Of a stretch of DNA of 64,000 nucleotides, positions 52,542 to 61,400 are shown piece by piece. The stretch comes from Alphaproteobacteria bacterium (GTDB lineage Bacteria > Pseudomonadota > Alphaproteobacteria > MPNO01), in the NCBI GenBank assembly GCA_965248835.1, contig CBDFLJ010000001.1, positions 1,088,001-1,152,000 on the forward strand. The letters run 5' to 3'. The translations under genes and the position numbers were made by a program. Numbering within the stretch: the first letter of the stretch is position 1; every line of letters begins with the position of its first letter. The notes beneath the pieces are model-generated. The model was not told the origin of the DNA. It saw only the letters and a program-made list of their open reading frames with translations, and ran no database searches.

Positions 52542-53366
52542 TCAGATGAAGCTCGAGCCGCCGTCGACCACGAGGTTCTGGCCGGAAACGTAGGAGGCTT
52601 CCTCCGAGCACAGGAACAGCATCGCCTTGGCGAGGTCGTGAATCGTGCCCTGGCGCTGCACCGCCTGGGCCTCGGTCATGGTCTTGAACATATGCCGCGG
52701 CACCGAGGGGCGGTCGATCTCGGTCTGCATCACGCCGGGCCAGAAGGTGTTGACGGTGATGTTCCACGCGCCGAGCTCGCGCGCCATCGACCGCGTCATG
52801 CCGACCATCGCCGATTTCGAGGTGATGTAGTGGAGGTAGTTGGGCCGGCCCTTCACATGGGTGCCCGAGGAGATGTTGATGATCCGCCCCCAGCGCGCAT
52901 CCATCATCGCCGGCACGACGGCGCGCGCGCACAGCATCGAGCCGGTGATGTTGACGTGCATGGCGGCCTTCCATTCCTCGACAGGGAGCTCCCAGAACGG
53001 CGCCATGGTGATCTTCGAGAACACCGCGGCGTTGTTGATCAGCACGTCGATCCGACCGAACCCCTCCAACGTCCCTGCCGCCAGCGCCTCGGCGGATTGC
53101 TCGTCGCCGACATCGGTCGGGATCGCCAGCGCCCGGCCCTGCTTGGCCCGGACCTCCTCGGCAACCCGCTCGCCGTCATCGCCGTTGATCTCGGCGATCA
53201 CCGGGATCGCGCCCTGGGCGGCGAAATAATGAGCATAGCCGCGGCCGATGCCCTGGCCGCCGCCGGTGATGATCACCACCCGGTCCTTGAGGCTGTCGTA
53301 ATGGGCGGTCTTGTCGACATCGATCCGCGCGTAGTCGATATTGCCGAAATCGAAATCCTCGTCCAT
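52542..53366 (-). CDS. Short-chain dehydrogenase/reductase with short acidic N-terminal extension
   Basis: TGGGQGIG, INNAA, YITSK; GGAGAGG RBS. Confidence 0.92.
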   Translation of the reverse strand: MDEDFDFGNIDYARIDVDKTAHYDSLKDRVVIITGGGQGIGRGYAHYFAAQGAIPVIAEINGDDGERVAEEVRAKQGRALAIPTDVGDEQSAEALAAGTLEGFGRIDVLINNAAVFSKITMAPFWELPVEEWKAAMHVNITGSMLCARAVVPAMMDARWGRIINISSGTHVKGRPNYLHYITSKSAMVGMTRSMARELGAWNITVNTFWPGVMQTEIDRPSVPRHMFKTMTEAQAVQRQGTIHDLAKAMLFLCSEEASYVSGQNLVVDGGSSFI

Positions 53367-53379
53367 CGCCCTCTCCGGC

Positions 53380-54003
53380 TCAGCTTTGCTGCGGCTTGGC
53401 GCCGGCATGCTCCATCAGCTTGACCAGCACCTCGTAGGGCTGGGCGCCGACCACGCCGTAGCCGGCAGCGGCATAGGTCGGCACCCCGGTCACGCCCATG
53501 TCGCGGGACCGCGACCAGTCCTCGTCGACGGCGTCCTTGAAGGTCCGGTCCGCCAACACCGCGCGCGCGGCCTCGCCCGATAGCCCGGCCTCCTCGACGA
53601 GGGCGATCAGCGTGTCGGGATCGCCGATATTGCGGCCGTCGACGAAATAGGCGCGATAGAGCGCCTCGTGCAGCGCAGCGCCGCCGTCCTGGGTGTCGGC
53701 CCACTTGCCGACCTCCTGGGCGAGCCGGCTGTTGTAGGTGTGGGTGCGGCGGTTGTATTCCAGACCCTCGGCATCCATCAGGCCTTTCATGCGGTTGTAG
53801 GACGCATCGAGGTCGACGTTGCGGCCGGCGAACAGCGACTCCAGGGTCATGCCCTCGGCCGGGGTTTCGGGGTGCAGCGGGAAGTGCACCATCCTGACAT
53901 CGACGTCATAGGCCTGGCTGAGCTTTTCAATACGCACGGTACTGAGATAGCACCAGGGTCAGACGTAGTCGGTGAACACTTCCAGCGTGATCGGCTCGGC
54001 CAT
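53380..54003 (-). CDS. DsbA/FrnE-family oxidoreductase, predicted selenoprotein (Sec15, UPWC motif)
   Basis: AAGGAGG RBS, ATG at 54003, MAEPITLEVFTDYV-TGA-PWCYLS, then in frame into the 185-aa ORF (FPLHPE, NSRLAQE, YFVDGRNIG, GVTGVPT, GAQPY). Confidence 0.88.
53913..53958 (-). promoter_or_regulatory. Bacterial SECIS-like stem-loop directly 3' of the in-frame TGA
   Basis: C-CCTGG-T-GCT-ATC-TCAGTAC-[CGTGC]-GTATTGA-AA-AGC-TCAG-CCAGG; nested stems with a 5-nt apical loop containing GU, starting 21 nt after UGA. Folded by eye. Confidence 0.75.
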
Positions 54004-54133
54004 CGGCGGCCTCCTTGCGGCTGGTTGGGTCCGCGCAGTCTAGAGCAGTTTGCCGGCGCGCGAAAACGGCGCTTCATACGGGGTGATCGAGGCGCGTTCG
54101 TCTCGCGGGCGGCGCCGGCGCGCGGCAGGTTGC

Positions 54134-54161
54134 TTGACCGTGGTCCTGCGTCGCCTACGAT
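54134..54161 (+). promoter_or_regulatory. Candidate sigma70 promoter giving a leaderless transcript of the Rieske oxygenase
   Basis: TTGACC-16 nt-TACGAT, then 7 nt to ATG 54169; no SD sequence. Confidence 0.45.
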
Positions 54162-54168
54162 GGCCGGC

Positions 54169-55500
54169 ATGATCCCGGCCGATGAGAACGAGCGCCTGAC
54201 CCGGACCGGCCACGGCACGCCGATGGGCGCGGTGATGCGGCACTACTGGCAGCCGCTGGCGCTCACCGAAGAGTTGCCGGCCGCACGCCCGCTCACGGAG
54301 GCCCGCGTGCTGGGCGAGGATATCGTGGTCTTCCGCAACGAGGCCGGAAGCTATGGCGCGCTGGCCCGGCAGTGCGCCCACCGCGCCGGCGATCTCGCCT
54401 ACGGCCGGCTCGAGGACGGCGGGCTGCGCTGCCCCTATCACGGCTGGCTCTACGACATCGCCGGGCGCTGCCTGGAGCAGCCGGCCGAGCCGGCCGGCTC
54501 GCGCTATCACGACAGGATCCACCATACCGCCTATCCGTGCATCGAGCGCAACGGCATCGTCTACGGCTACATGGGCCCGGGCGCGCCGCCCGCCCTGCCC
54601 GGCTTCGATTGGCACGACGCGCCGGCGCCGCACATCTTCGTCTTCAAGGGGCTGCAGCGGGCGAACTGGCTGCAGGCGGTCGAGGGCGAGATCGACCCCT
54701 CGCACCTGTCCTATCTCCACCGCTACCTGCGCGAGGAGATCGATGCCGACGCCTCCTACGGGTTCAAGCAGTTCCGCGAGACCGCGGGCGATACCGAGGT
54801 TTCCGTCACCCGGATCCTGCGCGAGGTGCCCAACCCGCGGCTGGAGATCGAGCGCACCGATTTCGGCGTCCGCGTCTATGCGCTGCGCGATGCGGGGGGC
54901 TTCACCTACACGCGGGTGACCAACTTCTTGTTCCCGAACACTGCCGTGGTCGCGATCGGCGACTGGTCGCTGGTCCAGACCCACGTGCCGATCGACGACG
55001 AACACAACTGGCGCTACGACATCTTCTACGCCTTCGACGATTCGCTGGACCGCGACGGGCTGCGGCGCGAGCGGTTGAAGACCTATTGCGTCCCCGGATA
55101 CCGGCCAACGCGCAACCTGGAGAACCGCTACGGCTTCGATCCGGACGAGCAGCGCGCCGGCACCTATGCCGGGGTGGGCTTCGACTTCAACGTCCACGAC
55201 ACGATGATCCTGGAGGGCCAGGGTGCGGTCCAGGACCGCACGCGCGAGAACCTCGCCTACACCGACATGGCGATCATCGCGGCCCGCAAGATGCTGGCCG
55301 AAGCGATGGAGGACGGCGCGGTGCTGCCGATGACCGGCCCGGACGGCGCGGCGCGGCGGTTCGACGACCTGGTGAGCATCGATGCGGTGACCGGCTCCGA
55401 GGACTGGCGCACCGGCTGGGTCGACAAGCAGATCGCCCGCCGCGCCGCCTCCCCCTGGGCCGGGACGATCGCCGCCCCGCGGCTGGCGGCGCTGGGCTGA
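54169..55500 (+). CDS. Rieske oxygenase, phthalate 4,5-dioxygenase/LigXa-like group
   Basis: NERLTRTG.GTPMG.VMR.YWQP, CAHR...CPYHGW, NWLQAVEGEIDPSHLSYLH, HD....EGQG...DRTRENL...D.AI. Confidence 0.92.
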   Translation: MIPADENERLTRTGHGTPMGAVMRHYWQPLALTEELPAARPLTEARVLGEDIVVFRNEAGSYGALARQCAHRAGDLAYGRLEDGGLRCPYHGWLYDIAGRCLEQPAEPAGSRYHDRIHHTAYPCIERNGIVYGYMGPGAPPALPGFDWHDAPAPHIFVFKGLQRANWLQAVEGEIDPSHLSYLHRYLREEIDADASYGFKQFRETAGDTEVSVTRILREVPNPRLEIERTDFGVRVYALRDAGGFTYTRVTNFLFPNTAVVAIGDWSLVQTHVPIDDEHNWRYDIFYAFDDSLDRDGLRRERLKTYCVPGYRPTRNLENRYGFDPDEQRAGTYAGVGFDFNVHDTMILEGQGAVQDRTRENLAYTDMAIIAARKMLAEAMEDGAVLPMTGPDGAARRFDDLVSIDAVTGSEDWRTGWVDKQIARRAASPWAGTIAAPRLAALG

Positions 55501-55525
55501 GCCGCCCGGCCGGCAGGCAGGCCGA

Positions 55526-57232
55526 TCAGGCCGGGTCCATGCCGTCGACCGGGCCGGGGTCGGAGATGCCGGGGCCGAAGACCTCGCGGCCGCCGACGAA
55601 GGTGTGCTCGACGCCGATCGCGCCCAGCGCATCCTCGGCGCAGGTCAGCGGGTCGGCGTCGAGCACCACCATGTCGGCCATCTTGCCGGCTTCGAGCGTG
55701 CCCTTGCGGTCCTCTTCCCAGGTCACCAGGGCGCCGGCCTGGCAGACCAGACGCAGCGCCTCCTCGCGGGTCAGCCGGCTGTCGCCGAGGCGGCGGCCGG
55801 AATCGGCGTCGTAGCGGGCAAGCGCCTCCCACATCGTCCACAGCATCGAGTACGGCACGTTGTCCGAGGACAGCGCCACCGGAACGCCTTCATCCAGCAG
55901 GGCGCGGATCGGCATCGCGCGGGCGCCGATCTCGTGCAGGTTGAAGCGGTCCGAGGCCATGTACATGAAGTTCGGCGTCACGGTGGCGATCACCCCGAGC
56001 GCCTTCATGCGCCGGATCTGGTCGGCGCTCGCCTCGATGACGTGGATCATCACCCATCGCCGGTCGCGGATCGAGACCTGCGCATCGATCGCCTCGTAGG
56101 CCTTGAGCACCCGCTCGAGGTCATAGCAGATCAGGCAGCTCAGCCGGATGCCCAGCCGGGCCGCGTGGACGCCGATCTCGACGAAGCGGTCGTGCGCAAG
56201 ACAATGATAGAAATGCCCGGCCCAGGCCTCGTAGGGGTAGTCGGCGCCGATGATGGCGGCGGCCTCGGCATTGGCGACGTCCACGCACGCGCCCTCGAAG
56301 CGCAGCATGTCATCGCCGCTGCCGCGCCCGGCAAGGCGCGTGGCCCATTCGTCGAGGATCCCGGCGAGCCTGCGGTCCTCGACCGAGGCGCCGGGCACGC
56401 TGAGCGGCAGGTGGGCGCGGACCACCAGATCGCCGTCCTCGTGGATCCGGCGGTAGGCCTCCAGGATCGCCGGTGTCAGCCCGTGTCCCTCGTAGATGCT
56501 GGTCGTGCCGGCCGCCGCGTAGGCCGCCGCTCCCAGCCGGCAGCCGGCAATGCGGTCCTCGAAGGTGATGCGGGGCGCCTTGCGCATCAGCGTGTACTCG
56601 ATCACCGGGGCATAGGAGTGGTCGAGGAAGACGCCGGTCGGATCGCCCCGCTCGTCCTTGAGGATCTCGACGTTGTAGGGCGCCGCGGTGTCGCGGCCGA
56701 TGCCGCAGGCAAGCAGCGCCGCGCTGTTGGCGACGCAGACGAACGGGCGGTGGACCCACCATCCCCAGGGCACACGGATATAGACCGGGTTGTCCGGTGA
56801 GACAGCGTCGAGGTCGTGGCGGGTGGGAAACCGGCCTTCGGCGAGCTGATCGGGTCGGCTGATATAGCTGAGCTTGGGCGTGCCCATGGGCATGAAGACC
56901 ACCCATTCGCCCTTGGGCGTGCGCGCGACCGCGCTGCGGACCGCCTCGGTGATCGAAGCCACCGAATGCCGTCCGGCCAGCGAATAGCCGCCGCGCGCCT
57001 TCAGCCCTTCGCGGTCCATATGGGCGTGGGTGTCGATGAAGCCGGGACAGACGACGCGCCCGGCCAGATCGATCACCCGGCTGGCGCGGCCGCGCCCGGC
57101 CAGGACCGCATCATCGGAGCCCACCGCGGAAATGCGTCCGGCCCGCGCCGCGACGGCCTCGGCGATCCGCGATCGACCGTCCAGGGTGATCACCGTCCCG
57201 CCGTGCAGAATCAGATCGTGTTCGGGAAACAT
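55526..57232 (-). CDS. Amidohydrolase 3 (YtcJ-like) family protein
   Basis: AEAVA...GRI.AVG, PGFIDTHAH, LDAVSPDNPV, SSD, KGTLEAGKMADMVVLD.DP. Confidence 0.9.
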   Translation of the reverse strand: MFPEHDLILHGGTVITLDGRSRIAEAVAARAGRISAVGSDDAVLAGRGRASRVIDLAGRVVCPGFIDTHAHMDREGLKARGGYSLAGRHSVASITEAVRSAVARTPKGEWVVFMPMGTPKLSYISRPDQLAEGRFPTRHDLDAVSPDNPVYIRVPWGWWVHRPFVCVANSAALLACGIGRDTAAPYNVEILKDERGDPTGVFLDHSYAPVIEYTLMRKAPRITFEDRIAGCRLGAAAYAAAGTTSIYEGHGLTPAILEAYRRIHEDGDLVVRAHLPLSVPGASVEDRRLAGILDEWATRLAGRGSGDDMLRFEGACVDVANAEAAAIIGADYPYEAWAGHFYHCLAHDRFVEIGVHAARLGIRLSCLICYDLERVLKAYEAIDAQVSIRDRRWVMIHVIEASADQIRRMKALGVIATVTPNFMYMASDRFNLHEIGARAMPIRALLDEGVPVALSSDNVPYSMLWTMWEALARYDADSGRRLGDSRLTREEALRLVCQAGALVTWEEDRKGTLEAGKMADMVVLDADPLTCAEDALGAIGVEHTFVGGREVFGPGISDPGPVDGMDPA

Positions 57233-57359
57233 GGTCCGGCTTCTCTCCCACGGCGCAACCGGCGTCGGCTTTGATCAACGAAACGATCTTGCATGGGAAG
57301 TCCCGCCCGCCGCAACACCCCCGCCCGTGGGCGCTGCATGCGCGCGGTGCGCGGCGTAG

Positions 57360-57386
57360 GGTAGACGATGCAGATCATGATCTACC
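57360..57386. promoter_or_regulatory. Inverted repeats upstream of vapB; candidate TA operator
   Basis: GGTAGA (57360-65) ... TCTACC (57381-86), with the perfect palindrome AGATCATGATCT at 57372-83. Confidence 0.55.
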
Positions 57387-57398
57387 TTGGGGTTGGCA

Positions 57399-57656
57399 AT
57401 GAGCCTCAACATCAAGAATGAAGAGACCTGCCGGCTGGCGGGCGAGTTGGCGCGGCTGACCGGCGAGACCATGACCGGCGCGATCACCGTCGCGCTGCGC
57501 GAGCGCCTGGAGCGTGAGAAGCGGCTGCGCGACGTGGAGGCCCGCATTGAAGAGCTGGTTGCCATCGGGCGCCGCTGCGCCAAGCTTATGGGGCCTGGGC
57601 CGTCCGCCGCGGAGCACGGCGACATGCTCTACGACGAGCGGGGATTGCCCAAGTGA
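57399..57656 (+). CDS. vapB: Type II TA antitoxin VapB (Rv0623/VapB30-like)
   Basis: MSLNIKN.E..RLA.ELA.LTGETMT.AI..ALRERL...YDE.GLPK; GTGA overlap with the toxin. Confidence 0.92.
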   Translation: MSLNIKNEETCRLAGELARLTGETMTGAITVALRERLEREKRLRDVEARIEELVAIGRRCAKLMGPGPSAAEHGDMLYDERGLPK

Positions 57657-58039
57657 TCGTCGACAGCTCCGCAATGTTGGCTGTCCTGCTCGACGAAACC
57701 GACGCGAAGCACTATGACCAGGCGATCATGACGGCAGCACCCTGCCGCATGTCGGCCGCCAACGTGTTGGTGGTATCCATCGTTGTCGAAAGCCGCGGCG
57801 GCGCGGCGGCGGGGCACGAACTCGATATATTCCTGGGACACGCCGCGATCGAACTGGCGACGGTCACGGTGGAACACATGGAAGCGGCCCGGCGTGCCTG
57901 GCAGCGCTTCGGCAGCGGCAACCGCCCGGCGGCGCTGAACTTCGGCGACTGCTTCGCCTACGCGCTCGCCAGCGTCACCGGCGAGCCTCTGCTGTTCAAG
58001 GGCGAAAATTTCTTCCGAACCGATATCGCGGCGGCGTGA
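57653..58039 (+). CDS. vapC: Type II TA PIN-domain toxin VapC (VapC30-like), active site apparently degraded
   Basis: MIVDSSA, LNFGDCFAYALA, PLLFKG..F..TD. Confidence 0.9.
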   Translation: MIVDSSAMLAVLLDETDAKHYDQAIMTAAPCRMSAANVLVVSIVVESRGGAAAGHELDIFLGHAAIELATVTVEHMEAARRAWQRFGSGNRPAALNFGDCFAYALASVTGEPLLFKGENFFRTDIAAA

Positions 58040-58150
58040 ACGCGAAGACGGAACAGCGTAACCCGGTGGCGGGGCGCCGCGCGTGCCGACGGCGCAAGAA
58101 CAGGACACGCTGGTCTCGGAACTCGCCGAGCGGCCCGGCCACAAGAAGGT

Positions 58151-58303
58151 CCGCACGCGCGAGAACCTCGCCTACACCGACATGGCGATCATCGCGGCGG
58201 TTCGACGACCTGGTGAGCATCGATGCGGTGACCAGCTCCGAGGACTGGCGCACCGGCTGGGTCGGCAAGCAGATCGCCCGCCGCGCCGCTTCCCCTGGGC
58301 CGG
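58151..58303 (+). repeat. Degenerate direct copy of 55236-55463 (3' end of the Rieske gene) with a 74-nt internal deletion
   Basis: 58151-58198 equals 55236-55283; 58199-58303 matches 55358-55463 with 3 substitutions and a 1-nt deletion. Confidence 0.95.
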
Positions 58304-58441
58304 AACGGCGTTCCGGTTTGCCGGCTCACCCCGCATGGGCGCCGGGTCGTAACGGTGAAAAAAAGCGATCGATAACGGACCGTGAACGGCACACGCTCCA
58401 TCGAGTCGTCGAGGTTCGAGCAGACGCGACGGGCGATCCTC

Positions 58442-61400
58442 TCACAGATCGATCTTCGCAGCCGGGTCGCCGGCCGCCAGCGCATTCATCCAAGCAAGGC
58501 AGAGGTCGCGGGAGCGGTAACCGCCGTAGGCGTCCGTCTGCTGGCGCTCCACGATGGGAAAAGTCGAGAAGACGTGGCGGACATCGTCGCGGTCGGTGAC
58601 GCCGTAGAGGTGGAAGAACACGGCATCGAGCTTGGCACGCAGATGCAGCCGGCGTTCCTCGTCCCAGGAGAAGGGCGGAAGAACCGCGCCGGTTTCGTCC
58701 ACATGCCCCATGTCGCGGGCGAACGGCGCCATGTCGTGGGCCGTGTAGGTCAGTTCCAGAACCGCCTCGCGGACGATCTCTCCTGCCGTCTTGGGACCGA
58801 AGCGGATGGATCTATATTGCTCTGGTAGGACGATGGGGAGCTGCTCGACAATATACCAATTGAGGTGAGTGCTTTGAGCTTTCCGGCGGACCACGAAATC
58901 AAGGACGACGGCACCAAAATTAGCCAGCAACAGCGCAGCCGATCGATCGCTGTGCATGTCTTCGAGAAAAATTGCCGGCGCGGTATTCCCCAATCCGACC
59001 AAAGGCACGGCCGATGCGATCATGGTCCGAGCGTCAGTCGCACGGGCAATGTCACGGAAAGCAATCGTCCATTTTAGACCGTGTGGAAACGATACGTTGC
59101 TCGCCGGCACCCAGTACTGTGGAATGGGTGTGAAATTCGGGTTAGCCTTTTGCTCCAACGTGATTTTGTCGCTCAAGGCCGGGTTGTGCAGGTTCTCCGC
59201 GTTGGCCTCAATCGACGCGGCGCGATGGTCGAACTGGTGGATCATGCGGCCAACATAGAGCGGCACCCACGCACCGGTCGGGCTATCGAAGCGGTTGCCG
59301 CCGACAGACCATGCGCCCTCCTTCTCCTCCAACTCCTCGCGGGTGCGGAACAGGCCGGAGTCGTTGGTCATATCGAACATGCGGGTGTATTTCACCGGCC
59401 ACGCCTTCACTTCCTTGCCCAACGAGCGGTCCACCAGCACGGGCAGGCGCTCGTAGATCGTAGTGGTCAGTTTGGCGTCGCGGCGCGTGCGGAAGATCGG
59501 CGCGGTGCCGGTATTCGGATTGACGCGGGCGAAATCCACCGGTGTCAACGGAAAGCAACGCTCGGGGTCGTCGAGTTCGGCGACATCGTGAAGATAGAAA
59601 GCACAGTTGGCCGGTTCGTCCATTTGCGTTCGGCCGGCGATGAAGACGCAAAATTTGAACGACGCGTGGACATCGGGAAAGAAGACCTTTTTGTTCTCGA
59701 AGTCGTAAAGCGTCCTCAACCGCCCCTCCGTCGCCACGCCCTTGAAAAACTTTGCCGCCGTCTTGTCCGACGCGATGCCGGACGGAGTGAGAAGTCCGAC
59801 CATGCCGTGGGGTTTGACCAGCGTCATCGCGCGTTCGACGAAGAGCGAGTAGAGGTTTACGTCGCCGCCGGAAAGCAAGGGATAGTCGCCCAAACTTCGC
59901 GCCACGCGGACCGCGGCGGCTGCGCGTTCGCTGGCCAAGGAAAAGTCTTTCGCCAGCGCATCCCCGGCCTTCTCCAAATCGGCGATCAGGCGCTTGCGGT
60001 CCGCGGCGCGCTGGGCGATCGCGATCTCGCGCCGCCGCGCGGCGAACCATTCGACCTGTTGCAGCTTCATCCGGTCCCACGGCGGATTTCCGATCACGGC
60101 GTCGAAACCGTCATGCAACGAGGCGCTTTGCCAGTTCGACCACACACCGGGAAAGGCCGCTTGCCAGTTGAGGAAACGCTCCTCCGAGACGAGTTGCCGG
60201 ATCTCATTCAGCAACCCGGCAAAACGCTCGCTTTCCCGGTGTTCCGCAAGGGGCGCGACCTTTCCCAACGTGATATCGATGGGATCGCCGAACTGACCGC
60301 CGAAAAAGGCCTGCAACGCCGTCTTGCCGTCCCGGTCCCGAACGTCCAGCCAGTCGATGGCGTGCACCAGGGAGAGGACGGCATCGAGCGGCGCGGTCAT
60401 CTCCTCCACTTCAGCAAAGGCCACGGCGGAACGGTGTGCCTCAGCGATCTCGGCATCGGTCAGACTCTCGATCGTTTGCATCGAGCGCGCCGCGCGTTCC
60501 GCCCGGGTCACGGAAGCGTGCAACAGCAGCGGGCTGCCGAACGCGGTCGCCTTGTCTATGCCGCTCCGAGCCCACGCGCCGAACAGGCTGTCGCCGCAAC
60601 GCAGGTGGTGATCCAGAAAGCTCAACGGTGCGCCGACCGTGAAGGTGTGCAGCCAGAGCGCGACCTTGGCCAGTTCGACGGCCATGGGATTCTTGTCGAC
60701 CCCATAGATGCAGCGTTTGAGAACCATGCGCCGGACGATGTGGCGGTCGTCGAGCCGCGCCGGATCGATGGTCCAGCCGCGCTCTCGGGCGTTGGCCGTG
60801 ATGGTGCTGCGGATGACATCGATCCGCTCGGTCAACGGCGAGACATAGCCGTCCACGGCGGCTTCCGCCTCGGCCATGGCCGCGATCACCCGGTCTGCGA
60901 GATAGTCCACGAGGTTAACCAGAAAGTGCCCCGAGCCCATGGCGGGATCGCAGACCTTCAACTCGAGCAGCTTCTCGGCAGGATCGAGCCGCTTCAATCG
61001 CCCGATAAGGCGGTCCATGGGCAGGGCGACCGTGGCACGTTCTGAAACCCCAGCCGCGAAAGCCGCCATTCGCGAGGACACCAGGGGTTCGATCGTTTCC
61101 CGGATGATCAGGCCGACCAGATCGTCGGGCGTGTAATAGCTGCCCGATCCCTTGCGGGCGAATATGTTGGGCCGGACGGCGATCCCGTCGCCGTCGCGGA
61201 CGATCTCGTGCTCGAGAAGCCGCTCGTAGATCGAGCCGAGTTGCTGCACCCCGAGGTCGCGGTAGTTGATATAGCGTCGCCCCTCGGGGGTGCGCTCGAA
61301 CGACAGCGCGTCGATCACCGCGGCCATGACTTCGTCGCTGAGACGAACCCGCCCCAGCAGCGGCGTGCGCTCCCGGTCGAACAGCCCGCCATTGTATGGC

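Noticed and set aside
53380-53937. 185-aa DsbA ORF as given, or a pseudogene call
   Set aside because: It lacks the CxxC region; the upstream RBS/ATG, TGA at the Cys position and SECIS-like hairpin favour Sec readthrough.
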